Part shown: positions 43,816 to 57,001 of the stretch, in pieces
How positions within the stretch are numbered: the stretch's first letter is position 1
Layout: the number at the start of each line of letters is the position of its first letter
Source of the DNA: Azolla caroliniana
Taxonomy: Eukaryota; Plantae; Polypodiophyta
Assembly (NCBI GenBank): GCA_043228905.1
Contig: JBHGNT010000010.1
Location: forward strand, 10,664,001-10,728,000
Length of the DNA: 64,000 nucleotides
Direction: 5' to 3'
Notes under the pieces: generated by a model
The model's input: only the letters and a program-made list of their open reading frames with translations
Databases searched by the model: none
What the model was told of the DNA's origin: nothing
Made by a program: the position numbers and the translations under genes

Positions 43816-46060
43816 GTCCCAACAAAAACAAACAACTACCAACTATAACGCTCACAGTCATCTTAAATTTGGTAGGATACAAACATCTTGTCTTGACAAT
43901 CGAACACTCAATCCCTTCTAATATCCTCTATTTTTCTATCTCGTCATTTGTAGCTTCTTCTTTTTATTTGTGGCCTTGGAGTTTGAAATTTGGCAAACAC
44001 TCTAAAACACCCAATTAGAAATGAAATACACATAGGGATTAGGATTTGTTGCCTAGGAAAAACTTATATGTTTATATAATACTCAAAACAGCAATTGGAT
44101 CATTAAATAAGTTTAATATTCATAAAATAATATCAATTAGCAATAGGCGAATCAATTTCATTCCGATATAAACCAAGAGCATACAATGGGCAATCCACTT
44201 GTACTTATATCTTAAACCACACGCCATCATGAAATTTAATTTTGTATTTGATACTTTAATAACACGTACAAGTTATGTAATAACATGGAAGACTCAATAA
44301 ACTCTAGAATCATACATGTCCATCCTCAACGACATATTGATCAAAATATTCCTTTTAATGGGCACTTATTGACCACTTATATGCAATTCAAAACAACTTT
44401 TGACTTAAAAAACATTTTATGTACGAAGATGAATTGACAACATTTGTTTCTATTCCATATTTGTTACAAATGCGTATATTATGCATTGTTACGTTATGCA
44501 ATCCCCTAAAAGCTAGCTATTGTGACCTTTATAGACATATATCTAAAACGTTGCCCCTCATTGTGCAATACATATCATTAGCGCCTCAAAGACATAATGG
44601 TTTCCAATATTGGCCAATGATATTCACCAAGTACATAATTTAACTTAATAAAACTTCGACCTTAATAATGTTAGTTATTATTTGAACACAAAATAAGCCT
44701 GACATTTTTGACAATCAATGGACATATTATTTGACAAAAATGCATTAATTAACCACCCAAACAAACCATAAAGTGGAAAGAAACAAAAGAATATATTGCC
44801 TTGGAATTCTTATGTGAAGAGCTTGATCATCCATAAAATTGAAACTACAATCAATCATAAATGACTAGTCGTGTCTTCTTTTTTGGTCAACGAAAAATAA
44901 GAAAATTGAAGCTGATGTGAAGTAAAAGAGTAGAAAGGAACATATAGTATCACCAAGTTGATATTGTTGTCAATATGAAACCCATCTCTCTCTTAAGATT
45001 TTGCTTGAGACCTCCCTATTGAAAGATATACTAATTACCACTTTTCATATGCTCATAAATGTAACTACAAATAAAAAGTGATGAAAAGAGTAGATTATCC
45101 AATAGAATCAAATGCATCTCGTAAAGAGTTCTCGAGACGATCATCAACTCATTTTTATGGTGTTGGTTGGTTCCTATGAGTCGAGAACTATGCCTAAAAT
45201 TTAGCATGATGTATAAATCCCCCCCCTTCCGGAAAATATATAGTTTTTTTCGGGAAATCTATGGTGTGTGCGTGTCCTATGTCTTAGGCAATGTAGACAC
45301 AAAAATGTTATCTAGCATATAAGAGCAGAATTTTAACTTGCATTCTCTTCAAACACAATGTTATAACATTAATCACTCGGTGTAAAATGAATCCGTAAGA
45401 AAATTAAACAAAAATAAGCTATTGTTCAATGTGCCCACTAAGAACAACATTCAAGATCAATAATTATGTGATTTCATCTTGGTCTCTATCGCAAGAAGCC
45501 ATCAAACATTTGAACAAACTATTACGAAGGACCTGGGAGATGCATGAGAGTGAGAGAGTCAGATTCTCTCCAAGGAAAGTAATCCAAAGATAAATTTAAC
45601 CCGTCTCTAGGTATTAATGACCAAGCATTTTTGTTTATTTTTTCCAAAAACCACTACTTCGCATTAGTTAGCAAATAGAATACAACAAAGTTTGTCCAAA
45701 TCCACAATGGGATCAACATATACAACTTGGAGAAACAACTCCAAAACTATCAAACAAAAACAGCAAAAAAACTCAAACGATCCTTAACTCAAGCAAAATT
45801 GAAATAAACCCTATTTTACCCTGAGCATTTTACCTATCTGGTAGTAGAACCCTACGAATAAAGCAAAAACAGCTCCCATAAGAAATGCACTGTTCTTGAA
45901 CATAAGAATCCATTGTAACCCATTAATCTATTATTTAAAAGTGAATTGGAATTCTAGATGTGATACTTGAAGTAATATTGTGAATGCCGATAAACACTAA
46001 TAAAAGCATCACACTTTATCACTTGAGAATGATATCTAGACATTGGTTTTTAATATTTCA

Positions 46061-46371
46061 AAGTTTTCTGTGTAGTAAGAATAGATGCACAATAATAAAT
46101 ATATCGCAACAGTGCATACTTTGGCATGCACTCGACAATGAGAAGGTTTGTGCATGTTAATCGCACATGAGAGGCACTACAAACTTTGCTTACTTGGATA
46201 ATGACCTATATTTGTAAGTTTCTATGTAGTAAGAATAGATGCACAATAATAAAATATCACAACAATGCATACTTTGGCAAGCACGGGACACATGATAAGG
46301 TTTGTGCATGTTAATTGCACATGAGAGGCACTACAAACTTGGCTTACTTGGATAATGGCCTATGCTTGTAA
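46061..46371. repeat. Two-unit tandem duplication (~155 bp)
   Basis: tgtagtaagaatagatgcacaataataaa...ttacttggataatg occurs twice. Confidence 0.85.
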
Positions 46372-47278
46372 GACCGTCCGATCTTATGGTGGGAACATTA
46401 AAAAGTTACCATGAATTACCAAGCTATATACTTATGTGAGTGCATGTATTAAATGATTACCTTGGTGACAATACTTTATTATTCCATTAAAAAACATAAT
46501 GCATTCTTTTTAGCAAAATTATCCAAATATCACCTTATTCCCCTTCATATAGTTTAGCTTTTGAACAACTTGCTTCACATTATCAAGATTCAAGATATCT
46601 ATACATTATTCCATTAGGTGATTGCACACTGTCATGAGCCTACAGCATTTAGGCTATGACCTTTGATCTTATGGTAAAAAATGTTGTTTTATTTTTGGAA
46701 ACTTTCCAACTAGAATTCATTTATTATGTATGTAGCTTGGTGAATGCAGATTTTCGCATCATCTCGAGCCGTTTGCTCTCGTATTGGGAGTGGTGAAAGA
46801 AAACCCTTGTTATCAAGGACAACAAATTGTTAATCCTAGTGTGGTCTTGATAGCCAATTTGATAGTCCTAGTGATATCAAGACAACAATTTGTTAATCCT
46901 TTCTTCTTACCACACACTAGCATTGGCTATCTTCCGATATGGGTCATCATTGGGACTTTACAGATGATAAAGTTATGATTATCTATAATCTATTTTGAAT
47001 TTTGCTTGTGAGCCAATCAAGATTTAAGAGCATATTTTGCAACCTCTGTGATTATAGTCAATGGATCTCTTCATAATTATCATTTGTAGGTTCTAGGGGT
47101 AATCTCGCCAATGAATATAATTGCATTTCTGCAAGAAACTTTCTCAAAAAACAAAAGAATCATGTGATTATAACATACTCGTATAGCATATAGCACCTAT
47201 ATATATATATATATATATATATGATCATGGTCATATGATGGAGACCATTGTCAGTGAGTGGGGGTGTAGGTAAGAGCT

Positions 47279-50244
47279 TCATCGCCAAGCTTCGGATGCT
47301 CGGTTCATGTGATCATCTCGAGTTGCATCCTGTGAAACAATGTGAAGTAACATGAGTTGTGGTATGTGCATAAAAAATGACTATAAAACTAAAATGAGTT
47401 TTCTTCCTAGTGTGATGAAGACAAAAAAGGGAGAACCAAGTTTGACTCAAAATGTAGGTTTGCATCAAATGAATGTACACACATGAAAAGCAAACTCAGA
47501 TTGATCTGCATTGGGTGAATTGAGTGAGTTCAAAATTGGACCTGAGGAGAACTAGAAACATCCGTGATATGATGTTGACGGTGATGGTGATGGTCGGCTA
47601 GCTCAAGCATATGCACAACATGGCTCATTTTCGGTCGCATTTCGGGATCAGGATCAACACAGCGCAAGGCCACCAGAAGAACCCGTTTAAGACCTCGTGA
47701 AGATGGCTTCACTTCCATCCTCTCATCTACCACTTCATCCAAACGACGAGCACTAACCATGGTTTTTAGCCAGTCCACAATATTTACCTATAGCATGCAC
47801 ACACAATCAATATATATGTAGTAGGATATAGGTATGTTCTTGACTCTTATCATATTTTTGTACTAACATGGATCAAGAGCTTTTCTAAGAAATAGAAGAG
47901 ATTTACCCCCCCCCCCCCTTATGATCAATCACTAATTGTTTAGAAACCACGATTGAATCAATCAAAAAGCATTTTCTGCTTCTCATTCACCTCTCCAGGT
48001 TTCCGGTTGACGTCGACGGGAATGTTTCCTGTCACCAGCTCCATGACCAAGACTCCATAGCTAAACACATCGCTTTTCTCCGTGAGCTTGCCTGTTGACG
48101 CATATTCAGGAGCAACATATCTAGATCATCAAGAATAAAATCAATCAATGTTTCTTTCTTAGAGGCAAGCCATTTTCTGTTAACCCATACATTTGGGTTA
48201 AAGCATTATCTTTCTCTAATTTCAACATCATTGGAACAAATCTTCAATAGCATGAGTCACTTATAAACTCCATGTCAGGATATGAAAATCACTGACTATG
48301 GTCCCATAGGTCACATTTGGTCTCTCTCTCTCTCTCTCTGACCGTTGGATTGGTGGTTTGTTTACACCATAGCATCTAAGTCATAAAATTGAGAGTACCC
48401 AAGTCCAATCCTCACCATGGGCTAGGCCTACTCTCATAGATCACAATTGGTCCCCCGTGAACATTAAAACAATCTCCCTCTCCCTCTCTCTCATAGGTCA
48501 TATTTGGTCTCCGATAGACAATAATAACACTCCCTTCATCAGTGTGTCTACATACCCAAAAGTTCCCATGACCATGGTAGTTATGTGGGCGTGATCAGCT
48601 GATAATAGCTTCGCGAGTCCGAAGTCTGATACTTTAGCATTCCATTGAGAGTCTAGCAAGATATTGCTCGATTTCACATCTCGATGAATAACTTTAGGCT
48701 CCAAGCCTTCATGCAAGTAGGCTAGCCTGCAGCTCATCACATGAAATTAGTTAATATTTTGCATACGGTGTTTACCACAATAAAAACATGGCAAAATGGT
48801 GGACAATCATGATTTATGCACATAATAGCATGATTGAAGACAATATACATCATGAATAAGGTAAAATACACATAAAACCCACTTCAATGCCACGAGTTAA
48901 ATGAGGAATCATTGCCATCATCATAATGAACTTACCCTTTTGCTGTCCCGATAATAATCTTCATCCTGATGGCCCAAGAGAGAGGTGGAAGATCTCCTAA
49001 AGGACCATGAAGCCATTGTTCCAAGTTTCCATTGTCGATGTATTCATAAACAAGCATCCTAGACAACATGGAACTAAAGCATTAAAGAAAAATGGGAAAC
49101 AAGAAAAAAAAAATACATAATTAACGTGCATGGACAAAAAGGAGAAGAAGAAGAATCTGAAAGCTGAGTTATATCGTAATACCTTTGAGAACCCTCCATA
49201 CAATAACCAATAAGTCTGACGAGATTTTTGTGCCGCACACGCCCGATCGCCTCAACTTCCATGCGGAATTCCTTATCAGCTTGCTCTCTAACACATATGA
49301 GTGTGAAAAAGAAACCATCACTAAAATGCAATCGCATTGTGTCACTGTGTTTTGAAGTATTAAATGATAAAAGAACTTTTACCCTCACTTAAAATGTAAA
49401 TCACATCCATGTCTATGTATGATTAGGAGTTCTTCTCTTTCTCTTTGCTTTTTCCTTACCCATTGTTTATGAGCTTCCTCAATGCTATTCGGGTTCCGTC
49501 AGGCAGTTGGCCGTGATAAACTATCGCATGGCTTCCTTCACCAAGCACATTCGCATCATCGAAAGAATTAGTCGCTTTCTCGAGATCTTCTTGGGTGTAT
49601 CGATAACCCCATCCAAGATCTGAGTCAACATAACTTGAGATCAAAGGGGAGTAATCCATAACAATGCAATCTTTCTGCTCTTCTTCATCTTCTTCTTCCA
49701 CATGAGGGAATGGCATCCTCTCTCTAATTACACGTTCACTACTCCTCGATGCGATTCGGTTGGCTGCGATTTCCCGGCGCACTTCTTCGCCACGAGCAGC
49801 TAGCTTTGCTCTTCCAAATAGTTTCCCCTTGTATTCTTTGTCGGCTTTGTCCAAGTTATAAGCTCTGAAAGATGTGCCATCTGTGCGACTTTGGGCCACA
49901 AGCAGGTTGAATCCAGCAGCATTATTAGCATGACATGATTTTCCCAGCTCGATCATCGAGCCCTTTTCTATAGTGACATGATTGGGGGGGGCAGCATTCA
50001 AGAAGGGTTGGTGCATTATACAATGTGGATTACGACGATTCGCTGCTTCTATACAACATGGATCCTCTTTATGTATGAACACTTTGGCCCTACTTCTCAT
50101 CTTCCTTCTTGAAACCAGTAACCACAGCAATGTGAAGAGGATGATGGCACATATTAGGGCAAACCCAATGCAAAAGACTGCCCAAATGGGGAGTCCAAGC
50201 ATGGCCTTTCTTCTCATAAAGTGATCAACCTGAGATGAGTCCAT
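47279..50244 (-). CDS. Single-TM receptor-like Ser/Thr kinase, RLCK-V-like (~536 aa), possible pseudokinase
   Basis: Exons 50244-49460, 49287-49183, 49058-48936, 48726-48556, 48120-47991, 47787-47542, 47329-47279; all GT-AG and phase-consistent; [51 protein letters not shown]; last exon less certain (alternative stop at 47530). Confidence 0.9.
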
Positions 50245-52584
50245 GTAGTAGCTCTCAATCAAATCAACGAAGCGAAACCAAGCAAAACAGAACAAACCAT
50301 ACGAACCCGGTTTTATTTGCTGTTTTTCATTGAGCTTAGATCTACTTCTGTATACGAAGAGGTTGCTACAACTCAGCAGAGCTTCATCAGAAGCTCACGA
50401 CAATCACAAAAGAGTAAAAGAAAACAAAAAGGATGTACAAAGAAGACAAAGTGCAAGAATAAAGGAACAGGGGAGGAGGGGGGGGGAAAACAGTAATAAA
50501 AGAAGCAGCTAGTGTAAAGCAGAAGCAAAAGCTCCAGAAAATATATTATTGCAGCAGAAACGAAGGAGGAAAACAAAAAAAAAAAGAGAGAGAGAGAGAG
50601 AGTAGACAGAGCAGAGTCTTTTACGTATGCAGCAGAGATTGAGATTGAAAGAAGAAGGAGAAAGAAGGGGCTGCTAATAATGGCTAACACTAAGTTCTAA
50701 GTTCTAATTATAAAGGGAGGGATGGTGGGAGGGGAAAAAACATTCTGACATTTACACTCACTCACTTATAGCTTTGTTTGTTTGTTTGTTTGTTTGTTTG
50801 TGTTGAAAAAGTGATTGATTGATCAAACTCTTTGAAGTGCCTCTTACATATGAAAAGAGAAAGGAATGACAGCCACTCAACGAGCCTTCGGGGGCGCCCC
50901 GAAAACTACTCTCGGAACATTACCCACGTCTTGAAACCTCTTGTGTGACGCTCGTATCAGATCCATTGCCCCCCCCCCCCCACCACCCCCAACACACACA
51001 CAACGCACTTCAAAAGGACCTATGTCATGCTGGACCACCAACTTTTCGTATGTGCATCTGCTTGCCTGCCTTCCGAGAAACGTATTTCGGTCCCCCACCT
51101 ACAACTTGAACCTTCCTGAGTTCTCACTTTGCTTCTCTCGGCAATCGAATCATTTTGTCAATGTTTTCCCTATGATGATTTCCGTTTCTTACGTAAGGCT
51201 GAACCTCGAGGCTCACATAGAGAGGATAGAATGAGATAGAAAAGGCCTAATAAATGATATTGAAAGTCATTTCCTAGGAAATGAGTAAAAAGCATTATCA
51301 TGGGACTAGAGGAGAGAGATGAAACAAAAGAATAAATGGTTGAGCTCTCCATGTGGATAAACTAATCCAACTAAAGAGAAAATAATCAAAATAAGTGCAC
51401 CGACTTAATCTCTTGGACATAACAATTTCTATTACTACTAGGACACCTTGAGAAGATGAGGTGAAAAGAATGGTATTATATACAAGATGCCATGTGGATG
51501 AGCTTAAAACCACCCACTAGACATATGGTAACCATGTTTATTGTGTAAGAGCATGACCTCATCAATATGTGTTTGATTGAATACTTCTTGGTTACGTGAT
51601 CTGCAAATAGTCTATGTTCCCCAAAAATCTCATTTAGTTTACAATTCGTTTGTAGCTCGAGAATAAGGCTCAAATACCATAATTCATTCCAAAATTGAAT
51701 CCTCTCCCAAAGATATAGTCAGTTCCCTTTCATATCACTACAAAATATCATAATGACTTAATAAAAAGCACAATAAGTGATCCCAAAGTGTTATCCAATC
51801 CATTGAGCATTGGAGCTTCTACATAAATGGTTATTAAAGCAATGGCCTCCTTCCCTTGTGATAATAGATCATAAATGTTAGTGAATGCCATCATCGACAT
51901 ATTGATATTTTAAAATGATGGTTTATTTATTTTTAGTGAATGCCATTTATTTTTCAATAGAGACAAGATATTAAACAAGGGCTTGCTGACAACGACAAAA
52001 TGAAAGGGGTTGGCCTGATGGGGGGAGTGCAGTAGAGAGAGGGAGGGAGGGAGGAGAAAAGAGAAGAGAGGAAGAGGGTCAATATTAACGTCTTCTAAGG
52101 CCAAATTTGGCCCATGAGACAATTGGTTTACAACAAAAGAGTATTTATCCAGTCATCATAACTAAAAATAAAATTAAGTAAAAAATAGAACTTAAACTAA
52201 AAGAGTTCTAGTAGTGTACAATATGTAGTATACTCGAAAGTGACTATACACTAAGCCTAATTTTATTTCCACCCAAGCCTCTCGAAAAGAAGTGGGGGGT
52301 CAAAGGGTCTTGATGTGGGTTCCAATGTAGAGAGTGCCCTAGCCATGGCTTCTAGGCGGTGTAGCTCACGTTCCCTTATTTTCAATATTGCTTCTACATC
52401 ACGTTGAGTTGCTTTGAAACCCGATACCCGAGGACGTTTGGTTCTTCTCTGGTTTTCTGCCTCATCAATGGAAAGGCCGAGTGGTGCAAATGTGTCGGCA
52501 TTCGTTGTCTCCTCATGTTCCTGAAAAACTTCATTTGTTACATGTTCGTGATCATTAGCAACATTATTGTCAACATTTTGTAAC

Positions 52585-54343
52585 TTATTCTCTCTGTGTT
52601 GTTTTAGCTCTAGAATGTATTTGCCTAATTTCTTTATATCTAGAGTATCTAATAGTTTGGGGAGGGTGGGAGATGAACCAAGTATGTCTTGGTATTTTGC
52701 CCTTATCTCGGCATAGGTTGGACACTTGCATGTAAAGTGGTACTAATCCTCTATCTCTATGTGACATAACCTACAAATCCTTTCCTCCCTAGGGACTCCA
52801 CTAGTACGGCCATTCTCAATCTCAAGTTGGTGAGATGATATTCTAAGTTGTCCAATGGCAACCCTTAGTGCATGTGGTAAGAATACATCTAGATATTTTG
52901 GCCACGTGATAAAACCTAACTCAGAGAAGTGCATGAAGTGTTTCTTATAGTACAACATTTTAGATGGGAGTGGCTCTAGTGGGGTGATCCATTTACATCA
53001 AGTGTAAATTTGCCATATTTCTTGGCGTATTACTTTATTGCGGTCCTCATGAGAGATTAAAGTGTTATCACTCGTGTGGTTGTACCTAAGGGGAGGTAGG
53101 TTATTAATGTCTAGACCATTCGCAAGAAGCCAACTCACCATCATGCCATACCATGAGCTAGTATAGCCGGACTCATACAATGATCGAGAGGCCTTAAAGG
53201 CTTGATGAGATATTCTATCATGTGGTTGGCTATGTATCCTGTGAATGAAGACTACAAGTTGAAAAAGTGCCTCTACTAACATTGGGGGTAACGTGAACTC
53301 AGCCCTAATAACGTCATGTGGTACAGTCGATTTGCTTCGGAGTTGGCGTGATAGCATCATCACCAATGGTCTCTCTAATTGCGTCCACATGAAAGATGGT
53401 AATCCTGGAGCCCAAACCGCTGATGCATACATGAGGGAGGGGGTCACTAATGAGTCAAAGAGCCACCCTTTAGTCCGTGGCTCTTGAAAGTGTGCTTGGT
53501 GGCATTGTCTCTCTAGGATGAGAGGGATGCATGTCCTCTCGTGAGTCTATCCTTCGTTGCCTGTGTCATCGAAAATTTACCTGAGCGGGCACTAAAAGTG
53601 ACTCCGAGATAGACGTATGATCCAACCACCTCGACTGGGCTATGGGAGATAGTTAGGTGACACTTAGCTCTAACTTGGGCCGATGTGTGGAAGATAAGGA
53701 CTTTCGTTTTCCCTAGATTCACTACCAATCCTCATTGTACACAAAAGTCATCTAAGGCATTAAGGTGCCTTTGTAGGTCGTGTTCGGATTCAGAGAGCAA
53801 AACTATGTCATCTGCATAGAGCAAGACATGAACCTGCGTATCCCCAAGGACCACTCCGGTGCCTCCCTCACGAGCAATAAAATCTGTGATCTCATCAATG
53901 TAGATCCCAAAAAGCATCGGTGATAGGGGCAACCTTGTTTTACACCAATAGTGCTAGTGAAACGATTAGATAGGCCACCTGGGCATCGGACTCACCCGGA
54001 CACTTGTTCATATAGTGCGTAGATGGCCCATACCATATCATCTGGTATCCTCAAGCTTTTAAGTCTATCAAAAAACCGCTCTTTAGGGACTGTGTCAAAG
54101 GCTTTGCGGAAGTCCACAAAACAACAATATAATTTCTTCTTGCGAGCCTTAGTTTGGTCAATTAGGCATCTAAGTGTGAAGATATGATCAATAGTGGAGA
54201 AGGCTCGTCTAAAGCCAGCTTGTTCAGGTGCACGAAGATTTAGGGTCTCCATATAGTCGCTAAGCTCTGCTTCCATTACTGCACCATATAACTTAGCAAG
54301 GGTATGGCCTATCATAATGGTCTTATATGTATTTGGGTCCGAG
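52585..54343 (-). mobile_element. RTE-like LINE fragment (RT and C-terminal Cys/His finger), decayed
   Basis: EQAGFR..FSTIDHIFTL, FVDFRKAFD, PLSPMLF, LLYADD, YLGV, RICRLCH; frameshifts and stops. Confidence 0.85.
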
Positions 54344-57001
54344 GAGAGAGAGAGAATAGAGCTATACAAAAAACAAGAAAAATTGTATTAACAAGAACAA
54401 GAATGAACCAATTGTTACAAGGAGAAGGAGAGAGGTGCTTATGTAGTCACCTTCTTTCTATATTCTCTTTTTACAACCACCACTTACTAAAGAGAGATGG
54501 AGACTTAATTGCACTAAATATGTTTCATAAAACCTTAAAGTTCTATGATACACTAGTTACTATACTAGGAGGTGGGAAGTTGAGTTTGATTCTCAACACG
54601 CCCCTTCAAACACAACTTCAGTCATCGAATAGTTGGTTCGGAATTTAGACTAGTCCTCGGATTGACTTTGAGTCGGCTTCGGCTTCAGCTATGGATAATT
54701 GGCTCACTCGGTCTAGTCTTCGATCGACGTCATGTCGGTCAGTTTCTTACTCCCCCTCAAGCTCGGCTGGTCGGTAGTCAAGAGACCTAGATTCCTCGTG
54801 AACTACCGCAACTTGTCAATCCCTAGGGCCTTTGTGAAGATGTCAGCCGTTTGCAAGTTCGTGTTGATGTGTTGCAAGTCGACATCTCCGGATAGCTTCC
54901 CATGTTGCCATGGTTGCGCCCCTATATTCTACTTTTGTGCTCGACAATGCGATTTTCGGTTGCTTCTTACTACTCCACAATATGGCTCTATTGCTGAGGG
55001 AGAAGAAGAATCCTGATATTGATCGTTTGTCGGCTTTGTATCCTGCCCCGGTTAGCAATGGTGTACCCTTCGAGTCGAATCGGTGTGCCCGATCTGTAAA
55101 GGATACTGAAATCCATCATCGTACTCACATAGTGTAACACTCACTTAGCACAATCCATGTGAATGTTTCGTGGTGTCTGCATGAATTGGCTAAGGAGGTC
55201 GACCGGGTAGCTGAGATCAGGCCAAGTGATGGTGAGATGGATAAGGCTTCCGACTAGTTGATGATAGAAAGTCGGCTCACACTCTTCTGTGTTGGAATCG
55301 ACATCTAGTCGTAGATTTCGATCAAGAGGGGTAGCGACGGGCTTACACTCTATCATCCCAAACGTGTAAAGAAGATTGAGGATATAGTGTCATTGGGAGA
55401 TCATGATGCCATCAGGAATCTGAATTACTTCTATACCTAGAAAGTAATGTAGCTCCTTCAAATCTGTCATTTCGAATCGGCCGTAGTTGTTGTTGGGGTG
55501 GGGGGTGAAGCCTAGAATGGCTTCATCCCCCCTCCAAAGGGAGTTACGTTAGAGAGAAAGAAGGAGAGAGTGAAACAAGGATGACACCAAAATGAGGGGA
55601 GAAAAAGTTGTTCTTCTTTATGCCCCATGGGTGGGGTTTATATAGTACAAGAGGTAACCATTACAAATAAAGAACGAGACAAGTAGGGAGTTACATTACT
55701 TACCCACTAATGTGCATGTGTTCATACACATACACATACTCATCCTCACACACTCATTCATATTATACATACACATCAACCACATCATTACACATACCCT
55801 TATGCCTCCCCGTATATTCTTACGGGTAACAGTAGCTTCTTGGTATGTTTGATATCCCCGATGTGCCCTCCTCCAATGACCAAGTCGTCCACATAAATTA
55901 TGATGAATAACTGTCCTCTAGAGTCGTTTCGGATGAACAGAGAATTGTCCGACTTGGACATTTTGAAGCCGATTTGGTGAAGATATTGGGTTATCTTCGA
56001 ATACCATGCTCTCAGTGCTTGCTTGAGACCGTAGAGAGGTTTTTTGAGTCGGCAAACAACAGTCGGATGCATACTCGACGTGAATCCGAGTGGTTGTACC
56101 CTGTACACCTCCTCTTCTAACTTGCCTTGGAGAAAGGCATTCTTCACATCCATTTGGTGGAGGTCCCACCCCTTTGCTGCTACAAGCGTGGTCACGGTTC
56201 AAATGGTAGTTGTCTTTGCCACCGATGAAAAGGTCTCTTCATAGTCAATCTCATGTGTTTGTGCATACCCTTTTGCCACAAGCTGGGTTGGGCCTTATAC
56301 TGATTGATGGTGTTGTTGGCATTGTGCTTCACCTTGAATATCCACTAACATTTGATTGCCTTTTGGTGGGGTGAAGAGGGAATGAGATCCCATGTCTCAT
56401 TTTTGGAGAGTGCTTGCAACTCCTCATTCATCGCTTCGACCCATCGCGGCTTTGGAAAATGTTTCTAGCTCTCGGACTGTCGCCACATGCATCTTGAATG
56501 CATAATGATATGCCATGTAGTCATTATAGCCAAATTGGCTGACTACGTTCTTTTCTCGGGTGGAGCGATGTGGTCCCCCTAGTGCCCTCATGCTAGGCAC
56601 ATCCAATCCACCATACTCATTGTCGGGTGAATGATCCGATTCGTTTTCATCCGAGTCTTTGTACTCAGGCATTTTGGCCTTTCCTTTGTTCGATTTTGGA
56701 CTTGTTGCGACGTTTTGTGGTCGCTTGGAGGCACCTATGGTTTACTCAAACTGGTTGAGATTGGACTTTCCTCTATTGTAAGCTTTGTCGATCATCCTCC
56801 TCCGAGTCGATTATATCGAAATCAGTTTTGATTTGATCGGACGGACTTGATTCGGCTATGTACCAGGATGTCGATTCTTACTCACTCGTACCTTCTTGGT
56901 AGAGGGGTTAAGCACTTATACCCCATTTTTCGAGCGAGTACCCCACGAGGATACATTTCTCCGACTTGGGATCTAGCTTTTGCCACTTTTCGTCGGGAAC
57001 G
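54344..57001 (-). mobile_element. Element J (3' part): old Copia related to H; hosts a solo LTR, K and L
   Basis: 3' LTR starts TGTTGAG at 54598 after a PPT at 54599-54610; QMDVKNAFLQG, YVDDL, HVPDEK..KLDPKS. Confidence 0.8.
55488..55831. mobile_element. Solo LTR (344 bp) inserted in the RT of J
   Basis: TGTTG...TAACA termini; TSD GTAGT/GTAGC; J reading KKLL|GRFEM is split here. Confidence 0.75.

Noticed and set aside
47198-47222. (TA)n, plus (TTTG)n near 50775 and (CT)n near 62125
   Set aside because: Ordinary microsatellites
50887-50903. GC hairpin ttcgggg-gcg-ccccgaa upstream of the kinase
   Set aside because: Single short palindrome with no supporting context
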